This document shows positions 1 to 21,051 of a DNA stretch of 64,000 bases, one piece after another. The DNA is from the human T2T-CHM13v2.0 reference genome, Homo sapiens, in NCBI RefSeq assembly GCF_009914755.1, contig NC_060940.1. One strand, given 5' to 3'. The stretch's first letter is position 1. Each line of letters opens with the position of its first letter. A program made the translations under genes and the position numbers. The notes below the pieces were generated by a model. That model was not told the DNA's origin. It made no database searches and worked only from the letters and a program-made list of their open reading frames with translations.

Positions 1-1166
1 ATTTCAAGGTGACACTTTTCACCTTTTGATACAGCCAACAGGGCAGTGCCCAATGAATGAATCCATTACACTGTCAGTGAACAGCAACACTGGCTTCACA
101 AAAGAAACACTTGATGACTTCTAAAAATAGTCGCCTAGTACTCACTTCTAGATTCTGTCGATCTGGCACGGGCTGGCTGGCTTATTTAAGACGGTCTGCC
201 TCCCAGACTGGAGTGCAGTGGCATCATCTCAGCTCCCTAAAACCTCTGCCTCCTGGGTTCAATCGATCCTCCCACCTCAGCCTCCTGAGTAGCTGGGACT
301 ACAGGCGCGTGCCACCACGCCCGGATAATTTTTTGTATGTTTAGTAGAGACGGGGTTTCACTGTGTTAGCCAGAATGGTCTCGATCGCCTGACCTCGTGA
401 TCCGCCCGCCTCGGCATCCCAAAGTGCTGGGATTACAGGCATAAGCCACCGCGCCCGGCCTAATTTCTGTATTTTTTGTAGAGACGGGGTTCCACCATGT
501 TGCCTAGGAGGGTCTCAAACTCCTGGGCTCAAGCGATTCGCCCGCCTCGGCCTCCCAAAGTGCTGGGATTACAGGCGTGAGCCACCACGCCTGGCCAGAC
601 ACACTTATTTTTCACACTAACATGCAGTCAAGGTTGAAACCACTATTACCTGAAGTCTATGACTTTGAAAAGGGGTTTCATAACTTGACCTTGGGAGTCT
701 ATCCTACCTTAAGACGGTTATTTTTATTCCCAACTGCACTTCAGAGTCATCTGGAGAACTTAGAAAACAACAAAAAAAAGGCAGGGCGCGGTGGTTCACG
801 CCTGTAATCCCAGCACTTTGGGAGGCCGAGGCGGGTGGATTGCGAGGTCGGGAGTTCAAGACCAACCTGGCCAATATGATGAAACCCCGTCTCCACTAAA
901 AATACAAAACTTAGCCGGGCATGGTGGCGGGCGCCTGTAGTCCCAAATACTCGGGGGGGCTGAGGGAGGAGAATTGCTTGAACCTGAGAGGCGGAGGTTG
1001 CCGTTAGCCGGAGGTTGCAGTGAGCTGAGATCACGCCACTGCATTACAGCCTGGGTGACAGAGCGAGACTCTGTCTCAAAAACAACAACAACAACACCGA
1101 AATCACTGCCTCCCGGCGTTTCAGCCTCACGCAGATTTCATCAGCTCAAGCTATATACTACAGGTA

Positions 1167-1397
1167 CAGTCGTTCCTTGGTATTTGCGCAGATTGGTTCC
1201 AGGACCCCCGACTATACCCAAATCCCCGCACACTCACGTCCCGCAGTCAGCCTTGCAGAATCCGCTTATAGGAAGAGCCTGCCCTCCTTATACGCGGGGC
1301 GGCACATCCCGTAAATACTGGTCGCGTTTGGTTGAAAAAAAATCCGCATATAAGTGGACCCGCGCAATTCAAATCCTTATTGGTCAAAGGTCACTTG
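1167..1397 (+). mobile_element. MER2-family (TcMar-Tigger) non-autonomous DNA transposon, internally deleted
   Basis: Starts TA|CAGTCGTTCCTTGGTAT...ATTGGTTCCAGGACCCC and ends AAAAATCCGCATATAAGTGGACCCGCGCAATTCAAA...GGTCA, matching MER2 ends as I recall them. Confidence 0.7.
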
Positions 1398-1689
1398 GCT
1401 TGTTTCCTAGAATTACTTCCAGGAGTCCTGGACACAGGCAGAAGGTGCTGCAGGGAAGAGTAAGGACAGAACTGCAGAGAGAAAACCGCTCTGGAGAAGG
1501 CTGTAGGCCAGTGTGGCTGCCTCTTTGCATGCTGCTTTCACTACAATACGGTGACCGCTATTTTGAGACCGTACGAGGTGCTCTAGCCGCATTAACTCAT
1601 CTAATCCTCATTGCTACTCCGCAAGGTAGAGACCAGGATCCCAATTTTGCAGGTGAGTGTGAGCCAGGCTAGGAGACTTGTCCAAAGTT

Positions 1690-2420
<731 letters not shown>

Positions 2421-2712
2421 ATCCTAGCACTTTGGGAGGCCAAGGTGGCAGGACTGTTTGAGCTCAGGAGTTCAAGACCAACCTGGCCAACACGGCAAGA
2501 CTCCGTCTCTATTACAAAAAAGATTAAAAGAAAAAAAGGACAAAGTTTTGATTCCACAATTCTTCCACAAGTATTAACATTTATTGAATAGGTAAAAAAA
2601 TATATATAATAATGTGAAAAAATAATCAATTTCAATACCTAAGACTAATAAATGTGAGAATTACGATTAAAACAATATACATGTTTTAAAACTTGACAGT
2701 GTATAATATAGC

Positions 2713-3271
2713 TGTCAGGTCCACGACTATGCCAACTGTCATGCCCACAGCCAGGTTCCAGCCCATATCGAGGTCTGAGGGGAGTGGGTGGATGAACAGA
2801 TAGCTGAAAGAACACTCAGGGGACGGTAGGCAGGTGAAAGATGATTTTATTCAGCAGCAGCTCTCATCAGCAGCTTACTTACACTAGTTCTCTCACACTG
2901 TCTGCCTTGTCTCAGCTGCTTAGTCCCATGGCTCCCCCACACAACTGCGAGGCTGGCTCTCCCTTGCCTTCAGGGTCAGCAGCTTAACTCTCTCTCAGCT
3001 GTGATCTGGCTCCCCCTGTCTGTCTGCAAAGACTGACAGCTCTGGCTCTCTCTTTCTCTGGGCACGAACGCCTGTACAGTATCAGCAGGGCAATTATACC
3101 TTTTACAGAAAATAGTGGCTTAGAGCCAAGTGATGACCTTCCCATGTTATGCCTACATGGCTGTGATAACAAGTGGAGTTATACGCCTCTGTCTAAACTT
3201 GCTGAGTCACGCAGGATGTAAACATCTTACCTTGGCCTATCCTTGACCAAAGCACAGCCATGTTCCTTACA
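2713..3271 (-). mobile_element. Solo LTR of ERVL type, probably LTR18 family (LTR18B by length)
   Basis: TG...CA termini; perfect 5-bp target-site duplication ATAGC at 2708-2712 and 3272-3276; minus strand begins TGTAAGGAACATGGCTGTG; AATAAA on minus at 2846-2851; AP-1 site TGAGTCA at 3203-3209. Family name is from memory of the consensus. Confidence 0.75.
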
Positions 3272-3664
3272 ATAGCTAACAAAAATAGGTAAGCGAGGGA
3301 GGAGTTTAAGAAGGCTAATTCCTATTTCTAAGCAGGGAGCTAAAGGATATTGACTGAAATGGAAACACACGGGATAATGACTCCAAATTCTGAAATCTGC
3401 CTGAATGAATGATCCAATAATGTCACCAGTTTTACCTCAATTTCTTTTTATTTTTGTTAAATCCAAGTAAAATAAAATGTAATGGTATGCTGCCAGGCGC
3501 GGTGGCTCATACCTGTAATCCCAGCACTTTGGGAGGCCAAGGTGGGTGGATCACGAGGTCAAGAGATCGAGACAATCCTGGTCAACATGGTGAAACCCCA
3601 TTTCTACTAAAAATACAAAAATTAGTTGGGTGTGGTGGTGCGCGCCTGTAGTCCCAGATACTCA

Positions 3665-3832
<168 letters not shown>

Positions 3833-3931
3833 TTATTATAGCATTCCTTTAAAACTCGAGTGTCTGGGGGCCAGGCATGGTGGGTCAAACCTGTAATCCC
3901 AGCATTTTGGGAGGCTGAGGCAGGTGGATCA

Positions 3932-4156
<225 letters not shown>

Positions 4157-4366
4157 TCAAAAAAGTCTCAAAAAAAAATTGAGTATCTGTTACGTACTAA
4201 TTGTTGAGGCTGCAACTGTGAGCAAGCCAGACAGGCAAGCCTGGTTCAGTGGCTCACCTCCGTAATCCCAGCACTTTGGGAGGCCAAGGGAGGTGGATCG
4301 CTTGAGCCCAGGAGTTTGAGATCAACCTAGGCAACACAGGGAGACCTTGTCTCCATAAAAAATTTA

Positions 4367-4537
<171 letters not shown>

Positions 4538-5292
4538 TTAGCTTAGGAAGAACCTAATCCTACTAAGTTCACAATTGGGGCCATCTCTTCCCATGACCTA
4601 TCTAGTCTTTCAGTGTTACACGTATGTATGTATATATGTATGTATGTATGTATTTATAGAGATGGGGTTTCACCGTGTTAGCCAGGGTGGTCTCAAACTC
4701 CTGACCTCATGATCTGCCCGCCTCGGCCTCCCAAAGTGCTGGGATTACAGGCGTGAGCCACTGCACCCGGCCTCAGTGTTACATTTAATCCTTTTGGTAA
4801 AACATAACAAATCATCTCTTATTTAAATAATTTGGGAGAGCTACTTTTCCCTTCAGCAAACAAATAAAGACAAAATATCAGCCTACATGGCCTGTAGGGT
4901 AAAAGTCCCAATATTAAGATCACATCCTTAGCAGATGAGGAAGAGTTAAAAGACAACACCGGTGCTTTTCAGTAACATTCCCATCAAAGGATGGATAAGC
5001 ATAAAAGCTGTCAGCTTCCCAGCACAAACTATCCCACCAACCCACCATGATCGCTCCCTCTGCCAGCCCATTTGCACGGTAGTCTCATCCCCTCTTATTC
5101 CCAATGGGACCTTATACCACCAGTTAGCTCTTCTTCCCTACATCTCAAAGGTCTCTCTTCTGGCTCTTTCTCCTGAACCCATAAACACATCAAAGTTCCT
5201 CTTAGCCTAAAAACAAAGTAAGAGGACCCTCCGCTGACCCTTTATAGATCTCTAATACCATTCCTCCTACCTTTCATAGACAAGCTGTTACA

Positions 5293-6252
5293 TGTGGGGA
5301 AAAGCAAGAGAGATCAGATTGTTACTGTGTCTGTGTAGAAAGAAGTAGACATAGGAGACTCCATTTTGTTATGTACTAAGAAAAATTCTTCTGCCTTGAG
5401 ATTCTGTGACCTTACCCCCAACCCCGTGCTCTCTGAAACATGTGCTGTGTCAACTCAGAGTTGAATGGATTAAGGGCGGTGCAAGATGTGCTTTGTTAAA
5501 CAGATGCTTGAAGGCAGCATGCTCCTTAAGAGTCATCACTACTCCCTAATCTCAAGTACCCAGGGACACAAAAACTGCGGAAGGCCACAGGGACCTCTGC
5601 CTAGGAAAGCCAGGTATTGTCCAAGGTTTCTCCCCATGTGATAGTCTGAAATATGGCCTCGTGGGAAGGGAAAGACCTGACCGTCCCCCAGCCCGACACC
5701 CGTAAAGGGTCTGTGCTGAGGAGGATTAGTAAAAGAGGAAGGAATGCCTCTTGCAGTTGAGACAAGAGGAAGGCATCTGTCTCCTGCCTGTCCCTGGGCA
5801 ATGGAATGTCTCGGTATAAAACCCGATTGTATGCTCCATCTACTGAGATAGGGAAAAACCGCCTTAGGGCTGGAGGTGGGACCTGCGGGCAGCAATACTG
5901 CTTTGTAAAGCATTGAGATGTTTATGTGTATGCATATCTAAAAGCACAGCACTTAATCCTTTACATTGTCTATGATGCAAAGACCTTTGTTCACGTGTTT
6001 GTCTGCTGACCCTCTCCCCACAATTGTCTTGTGACCCTGACACATCCCCCTCTTCGAGAAACACCCATGAATGATAAATAAATACTAAGGGAACTCAGAG
6101 GCTGGCGGGATCCTCCATATGCTGAACGCTGGTTCCCCGGGTCCCCTTATTTCTTTCTCTATACTTTGTCTCTGTGTCTTTTTCTTTCCTAAGTCTCTCA
6201 TTCCACCTTACGAGAAACACCCACAGGTGTGGAGGGGCAACCCACCCCTACA
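5293..6252 (+). mobile_element. HERV-K(HML-2) solo LTR, LTR5_Hs
   Basis: Begins TGTGGGGAAAAGCAAGAGAGATCAG and ends GGGGCAACCCACCCCTACA; 960 bp; perfect 6-bp TSD GTTACA at 5287-5292 and 6253-6258; TATAAA 5815-5820; AATAAA 6077-6082; no PBS or gag sequence follows. Confidence 0.96.
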
Positions 6253-6671
6253 GTTACACTTTTTCTTTTTGTCATTGTTTGAGACAGAGTCTCGCTCTGT
6301 CGCCCAGGCTGGAGTGCAATGGTGCGATCTTGGCTCACTGCAACCTCTGCCTCCTGGGTTCAAGCGATTCTCTGCCTCAACCTCCCGAGTAGCTGAGACT
6401 ATAGGCGCCTGCCACCACTCCCGGCTAATTTTTGTATTTTTAGTAGAGACTGGGTTTCACCATTTTGGCCAGGCTGTCCTTTCTGCCCAGAATATCCGTT
6501 GCTTCTGCTTTGACCTACTTATCCCGCAAGGCTCAGCTAAATTGCCATCTCCCATGAAGTTTTTCTGGGACTCCTGGGTTGTCCAAACTGCTCAGCCTTG
6601 AGCTTCCATAATAGCACCTGGAACATATCCCTTAAATTTTTTTTTTTTTAGCTTCCTTTTTTTTTAATTAG

Positions 6672-6869
<198 letters not shown>

Positions 6870-7682
6870 TAACCTCAAATGATCTGCCCACCTCGGCCTC
6901 CAAAGTGCTGGGATTATAGGTGTGTGCCACCGTGCCGGGTCTGAAACATACCCCTTAAATTTAAAGTACAGTCCTGACTGCTTTATGCGACAGTCTCTCC
7001 CACTAGACTGTGTACTTCTCAATGGCAGAGGTCTCACAGCAATGATTTACATACCTACTGTGTCAAGCAGATGCTCAGTTTGTGCAACCATTACTGACTA
7101 GAATTACTTTGTGCCTTAGTTTTGTTGACTCTTGTTATTATCAAGATAATAATACAGGTTTCTCAAGGTTCATGAGTAAATTAAATCTTTACAAAAAGTT
7201 CTCCAGTATCTATGATACACTAGCAAATAATTTGAGGTTAAAAATTGTGGGTATAGAATTTGTAAAAGAGGCTGGGTGTGGAGGCTTACACCTGTAATCT
7301 TAGCATTTTGGGAGGGGATGCCACAGTGGGTAGATGGCTTGAGCCCAGGAGTTCGAGACCAGCCTGGGCAACATGGTGAGACTCTGTCTCACAAAAAATT
7401 TTTTTTTAATTAGCTGGATATGGTAGCCCATACCTTAGTCCTAGCTACTGGGGAGGCTGAGGTTGGAGGATCGCCTGAGTGTGGGGAAGTTGAGACTGCA
7501 GTGAGCTGTGATACCACTGTACTCCAGCCTGTGCAACAGAGTGAGACTGTCTCAAAGAAAATATAATAGACATCCTTTGAAAAAGAAAATTAAAAAAATA
7601 CCAGAATTTGTAAATGAGCAAAAACTACAGTATGATAAAAATGTATCTTTTTTTGTGTGTGTGATCCACCCACCTCTTATGA

Positions 7683-7943
<261 letters not shown>

Positions 7944-8247
7944 TAGCCAGGATGGTCTTGATCTCCTTACCTAGTGATCTGCCCACCTTGGCCTCCCAAA
8001 GTGCTGGGATTACAGGCGTGATCCACTGCGCCCGGCCCAAAAATTTGTCTTTAAAAAATATAATCTTCTTTGGCTGGGCACGGTAGCTCATCCCTGTAAT
8101 CCCAGTACTTTGGGAGGCCGACGTAGGCAGATCACCTAAGGTCAGGAGTTCCAGACTAGCCTGGCCAACACAGTGAAACCCTGTCTCTACAAACAATATA
8201 AAAATTAGCCGGGTATAGTAGAGCATGCCTGTAATCCCAGCTACTCA

Positions 8248-8503
<256 letters not shown>

Positions 8504-8989
8504 CTATTAAAATACAAAAATTAGCCAGGTGTGGTGGTGGGTGCCTGTAATCCCAGCTACTTGAGAGGCTGAAGCAGGGGAATCACTTAACCTGGGAGGC
8601 AGAGGTTGCAATGAGCCGAGATCATGCCACTGCACTCCCGCCTGGGTGACCAGTGAGGCTCCATCTCAAAAAAAGGTGACTCTAGTGATAATGCAGCACT
8701 GGCATGAAAGATGCATGAGAATGAAAAAGAGTAAGAGTATCCCTAAATTAGGATATTTTAGTAGGTTTCATTTTATTTTAGTATGTATGTAAAAATAAAG
8801 TATTACAAATAGCACAAAAAGTATATTGCATATTAGTGTAGTAAGTTAACTGAACTGAAATTTACACTTACTAGGCAAAGACTATTGATTAAATATCCTG
8901 GTTGTATAATAATTAGTTCTTGCTTCTGCAAATGATCTTGAAAGAATGGGAAACAATAACATGCCAAGCAGAATGTATAAAAATAAATA

Positions 8990-8995
8990 TTTATT
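8990..8995 (-). terminator. PALB2 polyadenylation signal AATAAA (3' UTR ~8970-9267)
   Basis: AATAAA on minus ~275 nt past the stop; upstream TGTA elements at 9012-9017 and 9032-9037; T/GT-rich sequence downstream; a second minus-strand AATAAA at 8772-8777. Confidence 0.8.
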
Positions 8996-9267
8996 GCCAT
9001 TTGAAGCTTTATGTACACCTTTAAAAGCACATGTACAAATGTGGGAAATTACAAAAATCAACCTAAAACCCTTTTTCTCAAAGTATACATAAATGTACAT
9101 CCAAGATCAGTGGTGCTACCATCATTAGAATAAAAAATAAGTCTGTCTGGACATAAACAAGCAATCATTTTAAGTGTCATTCAGATATTCTCCTTTATAT
9201 TTAAAACTCCAAAAAATACTAAGAGGCCCAATATATCCAGAAAATTGTGTTTTCACTTTACCCTAAC

Positions 9268-9504
<237 letters not shown>

Positions 9505-10414
9505 TCAGATTACATATCCAAAAAACAATTAAAAAAAAAAAAAAGGTCAAAACCATGTTCCCAAAACCAGCAACAGGAACAAAAATCCCTGTAACTATGA
9601 ATGCCTACATTTGTAGCCTTAGAGGTCTGTTGGCTATTGTGTTGCAGTTTTGGACAGAATCACATGTCCAGTTCCTGCCAATCTCTCTGATGCATCTTGT
9701 AGCAATTGAAGGCTGGCGCACAGTGGCCTTCCTTCCACTCTCCATCACTCTGGCCAAACTCAGTCCCAACTCAGTGTCACTGCTCTTGCCATTCTTTCTC
9801 CCTGACAGGCTCTCACCCCAGCTCTTAGCATGGCTGAGTTCTTGTCATCATTCAGGCCTGTTATGTCCATAGAAAGGTCACCCCTAATCCTCTATCTCAG
9901 GCAGTGTGCACACACATACGGGATCTGTTCCATCTTTATGACATATATGTTTTTATCTTCATTGCACTTTTCACTATTTGAGATTACCCTGTTTCCATAT
10001 TCAGTGGGAATTTCCCCCACAAAAGATGCCATCTATGAAGCAGAAACCTACCTGGTTGCCTTTTTCATTTAGACAAGGGCTCTGCAGTCAGCTACCTGGG
10101 TTTAAATTCTAACTCTACAAAGTAAGAGCTGTGCAACCCTGGGCAAATTATTTAACTTTATCAGTACAATAGGGATGATTTTAAGAGCACATACTTGACA
10201 GGACTGTGGTGAGGTTAAATGAAACAGTTCCTATAAAAGGCTTAGCGCAGTGCCTGGCACACAGGAGGTGCTCAATAAAAATTAGCTATTATTAGCCGGG
10301 TGTGGTGGCTCACGCCTGTAATCCCAGCACTTTGGGAGGCCAAGGCGGGTGGATCACCTGAGGTTGGGAGTTTGAGACCAGCCTGGCCAACATGGAGAAA
10401 CCCGGTCTCTACTA

Positions 10415-10909
<495 letters not shown>

Positions 10910-11176
10910 TCACTGCTGTATCACTGGTGCCTGAGGCATGGCCAGCTCTCCAAAGAGTATTATATGAATGAACTGCATGATACTTTTTATCCCTGGTTCC
11001 CACCCAACTTTGCGTACCTAACTCCTAACTTATCTTTGGAAACTCCCTAAGGTTTTCTTTGACAGTCTCTCCCCAACCCTCTACTGCCAATTAAGGTGCC
11101 CACCTCTCCACTCTTGTGCTCTCAAACAGTGCAAGCTTCATGTATTGTATTTTGTGCACTGAACAACAGTCACTAG

Positions 11177-11842
<666 letters not shown>

Positions 11843-12335
11843 TGCTTCCTACAGGATTGGTACCAAACAGGCTTTCAAGGATTCCTGAACAGATGAGTTT
11901 GAAAAGTGACAAAGGAAATGCTTGACCAAGCAGTTATCTTTATCTTTAATCTCTAGGGCCAACGACTATCGTTCTCTCTTCAAATCCAAGGAAGCAAGTT
12001 TTATATGAAAGCACATACTGCAGATGATAGTTCTGAGGTTCTTAGGTTCTTAAAAAAAAAAAAAATTAGCCAAGCGTGGTGGCATGTACCTGTAGTCCCA
12101 GCTACTTGGGAAGCTGAGATGGGAAGATGGTGTGAACCCGGGAGGCAGAGTTGCAGTGAGCTGAGATCGTGCCACTGCACTCCAGCCTGGGCAACAAAGC
12201 AAGACCCTGCAGAAGTGTCACAGCTAGCTAAGTGCATAGGGATAGAGAATGTCTTTTAGAACATGCACTTATCAAATAAACTTTGCATAAGGTCCAAAAA
12301 AACATGTATTGTAACTGTGTGCATTATCCTTGTGA

Positions 12336-12458
<123 letters not shown>

Positions 12459-12500
12459 TGAGTAGCTGGGATTACAGGCACGCACTACCATGCCCAGCTA

Positions 12501-12785
<285 letters not shown>

Positions 12786-13151
12786 CTAATTTTTGTATTT
12801 TTAGTAGAGATGGGGTTTCACCATCTTGGCCAGGCTGGTGAACTCCTGACCTCATGATGCACCTGCCTCAGCCTCCCAATTGCTGGGATTATAGGCGTGA
12901 GCCACTGCCTGGCCAGATAAATACTTATCTATAGATAAATATAAACTGCCTGCATGATAGAGGCTCAGTCAAACTCAGTCAGATTTCAAAGTAAAGATGT
13001 CTTCCTAAAGTACCTTAAATTTTCCTTAATTTAGGTTTAGGGAAAGAACACAAATTATGTTTTTTAAATACAGAACGTTCATTACTCTTTATGTGAATTT
13101 TTTTTTTTTTTTTTTGAGACAGGGTCTTGCTCTGTTGCCAGGCTTGAGTGA

Positions 13152-13439
<288 letters not shown>

Positions 13440-13586
13440 TAAACACTATTAAAAACCTATATAACCCCATACTAGTAGAGATCAGGATGCAGGGAATCTG
13501 GGGTTTGACTCAAGTCCACTAATCTTCATCCTACTTCTGAATATTCCTATCATGATATATAGTATTTCATGTTTTCCATTCTTCTA

Positions 13587-13820
<234 letters not shown>

Positions 13821-14531
13821 CTAATTTCGGAGAAAAATAAATATCCCAAATAGACTGTCAAGAGTATGTCAGGAAAAATAAAGATCTGGCAGAGACAAAA
13901 ACCAAACAATTAAAGCAATGACCGATAGGCTCTGAAGTATCCAGGATTTAACCACTGGCTTGATTTTTTTCCCTGCCGTCTAGGAACTGTTGAGATTATT
14001 ACTGGACTGGACTTCTGGCTTCTTGTTCTTCTTCTTTTTTTTTTTAGAGACAAGGCCTTCCTGTGTTACCCAGGCTGTTGTTGAACACCTGGCCTCAAGG
14101 GATCCTCCCACCTCAGCCTCCCAAAGTGTTGGGATTACAGACGTCAGCCACCGCGCTCAGCCAACTTCTAGCTTTAGCTTCTCCTGCTTCCGGTTCCCAG
14201 TGTTTGTTTTAGCCAGTCTTGCCAGGCATGAATCTGATTCATCCATTTCCTTCCCCTTAGATAGTACTACATTTCATGCCATTCATTTGGGGAAATATTG
14301 GCAAAGAGAGAATGAGGACACACATGTGCAGGGAGTGCTCAAATTAGAAATATTCATTTGTAAATTGGTTTTTGAACATTCAGAACATGTTTTCCCATAA
14401 AAACAATCTTGTACATGGTGGCTGGTTTCTCAGACCAGCCCACAATAGCCTATTTAAAACCCTGACCCTACTACTCTCTATGAATAAGGGTGACCAAAAA
14501 AAGATACCATCACCTATGGCTGTTTCTGTGA

Positions 14532-14870
<339 letters not shown>

Positions 14871-15251
14871 TGATCCACCCACCTCAGCCTCCCAAAGGGC
14901 CGGGATTATAGGCGTGAGCCACGGCGTCAGGTCAAATGATTGAATTTATTAATGAAAATAAAATATTTTTATATTTAGAAAACAACTGAGGTAACTCAGG
15001 AGGCCGAGGCAGTAGGATAGCTTGAGACAAGCCTGGGAAACACAGCTGAAGACCTCATCATCTAAAAAAATTAAATTAAAATTTAGCTGGGTGCTGTGGC
15101 TCATGCCATGTAATCCCATCAACTTGGCAGGCTGAGTGGGGAGGATCGCTTGAGCCCAAGAACTCAAGGCTATAGTGAGCTATGATGGTGCCACTGATCT
15201 ACAGCCTGAATGAGAGAGTGAGACCCTATCTCTAAAAGGGAAAAAAACTGA

Positions 15252-16082
<831 letters not shown>

Positions 16083-16099
16083 ACTAAACAGTTAAATAA

Positions 16100-16395
<296 letters not shown>

Positions 16396-16886
16396 TGAGC
16401 CACCACGCCTGGCATTAAATATTATTTCTGAAGATTGGCTTTATGGGGGACTTTTACTTACTATCTTACACATGTCTGTGTGAAATGTTTTAATATCAAG
16501 TGGGTATTGATGTTGTAATATAAAAGGTATAACATTATTTAAATGCTTAATAAGTAAATTCTAGGCCAGGCATGGTGGCTTACGCCTGTAATCCCAGCAT
16601 TTTGGGAGCGTGAGGCGGGTGGATCACAAAGTCAGGAGCTCAAGACCAGCCTGGCCAACTTGGTGAAACCCCGTCTCTACTAAAGATACAAAAAAATTAG
16701 CCAGGCATGGCGGCAGGCACACCTGTAATCCCAGCTACTTGGGAGGCTGAGGCACAGAATTGCTTGAACCTGGCAGGCGGAGGTTGCAGTGAGCCGACAT
16801 CACACCACTGTACTCCAGCCTGGGTGACAGAGCAAGAATCTTGTCTCAAAAAAAAAGTAAATTCTAGAGATGAATTCAACTGTCAG

Positions 16887-16932
<46 letters not shown>

Positions 16933-16942
16933 AATCTATCTA
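16887..16942. repeat. Tetranucleotide STR (TCTA)11 TCAA (TCTA)2 in PALB2 intron 11
   Basis: Read directly from sequence. Confidence 0.95.
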
Positions 16943-17137
16943 TTCGTTGTTGTTGTTGTTCTTTTGTTTTGAGACAGAGTCTTCCTCTGTCGCCCAGGCT
17001 AGAGTGCAATGGCACGATCTTGGCTCACTGCAACCTCCACCTCCAGGTTGAAGTGATTCTCCTGCCTCGGCCTCCTGAGTAGCTGGGATTATAAGCACCT
17101 GCCACCATGCCCAGCTAATTTTTGTATTTTTTAGTAG

Positions 17138-17731
<594 letters not shown>

Positions 17732-18177
17732 TAAAGGAGGACAAAGGTTAGGCTCAAGATTATGTGTTGGATTATATAACATCACACAACTTTTAAATTC
17801 AATTCCACAGATCCTACTAGGCTAGGGAAAGATGCGGTCTTTGTGTTCAGAGCCTCTGGATGCTGATCCTCTCACTGTAATCACCAGGCAAGTCAGTCTC
17901 TACACAAATGCTGAGCCTGCTGCCATTGTCTCTGCTCATGGCTTCAACAGTGAATACTCAAGTAGTTATTCATTACTCCTAGACAACTACTTTCCCACTG
18001 TAACTAGATTGTGAGTCAAGGCTTTTTATTTATTTATTTATTTATTTTGAGACAGAGTCTTGCTCTGTCACCCAGGGTGCAGTGGCACGATCTCGGCTCA
18101 CTGCAACCTCCACCTCCTGGGTTCAAGCAATTCTTCCTGCCTCAGCCTCCTGAGTAGCTGGGATTACAGGTGCCTGA

Positions 18178-18351
<174 letters not shown>

Positions 18352-18501
18352 TGAGACAGGTTCCCACTCTGTTGCCCAGGCTGGAGTACAGCAGTGTGAT
18401 CATGGCTTACCACAGCCTCGACCTCCTGGGCTCCAGGGATCCCCTGAACTCAGCCTCCTGAGTAGCTGGGACTACAGCTGCATGCCACCATGCCTGGCTA
18501 A

Positions 18502-19046
<545 letters not shown>

Positions 19047-19102
19047 TGAATATTGGAGCTTATTTCTAACTGTATGTTTGTACCCACTAGCCAAGACTAT
19101 TA

Positions 19103-19486
<384 letters not shown>

Positions 19487-19742
19487 TCATTTAATCATCC
19501 TTCCTAAGGCTACTTAAACATGGCAATGTGGCTGGGAGTCAAGTCTGATAACAGGCATAATAGTTCTCAGTTCAAATCCACAGCTAGAAATAAATATTTG
19601 CCCTCAGGTCCTACAGCCAGAAAATTTACCAAGCAATCACTGTACCAACACTTATTTTCATCCTAAATTTCAAGAAAGGACAAACATTGCTATCCAATTT
19701 TGAAAAAAGATGCCACGGGGAAGGTTTGTTCATTACTGCTTA

Positions 19743-19970
<228 letters not shown>

Positions 19971-20413
19971 TCATCATAGCATGTCTTAGGAGGTGACCAG
20001 GGAAAAAACTAAGAGCTCCTTAGTTTTCTTTAGTCATAGATTTAGGTAAAAGTAGAACTGTGGGTTAATTTTGCCAATAGTTTCATTTGATAGTTCAGCC
20101 TTAGATTAAATCTACAATGCCCCTAGGGATAAATCTCTCCAAATTCCATGAGGAAGGTTCCATCATCTCATTCAACCTGGTATTGAAATCAGGCACATGG
20201 TATAGCAGTATCATGATTTTGTGACACTTCTTGTTATGTCTAAATTTTCCATGGAAGACAACGGCCAGGAAACCAAATTTTGTAGGGCAAGAGACTACAC
20301 CTAAAAGAGAGTTACAATTATATCTCTATTACATGTATTTATACTACAACTAGACCAAAATAATGGATAGAAGGAAGGATTGAAGTGGGGTAGGAAGAGA
20401 GGGGTGAATATAA

Positions 20414-21051
<638 letters not shown>

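Noticed and set aside
974-1672. 232-aa plus-strand ORF antisense to NDUFAB1 intron 1
   Set aside because: Starts at a TTG inside an Alu and runs through MER2 and MIR remnants in GC-rich DNA; no recognisable protein
5539-6064. ORFs inside the HERV-K LTR; possible provirus
   Set aside because: The TSD directly flanks a single LTR and there is no PBS, gag, pol or env sequence
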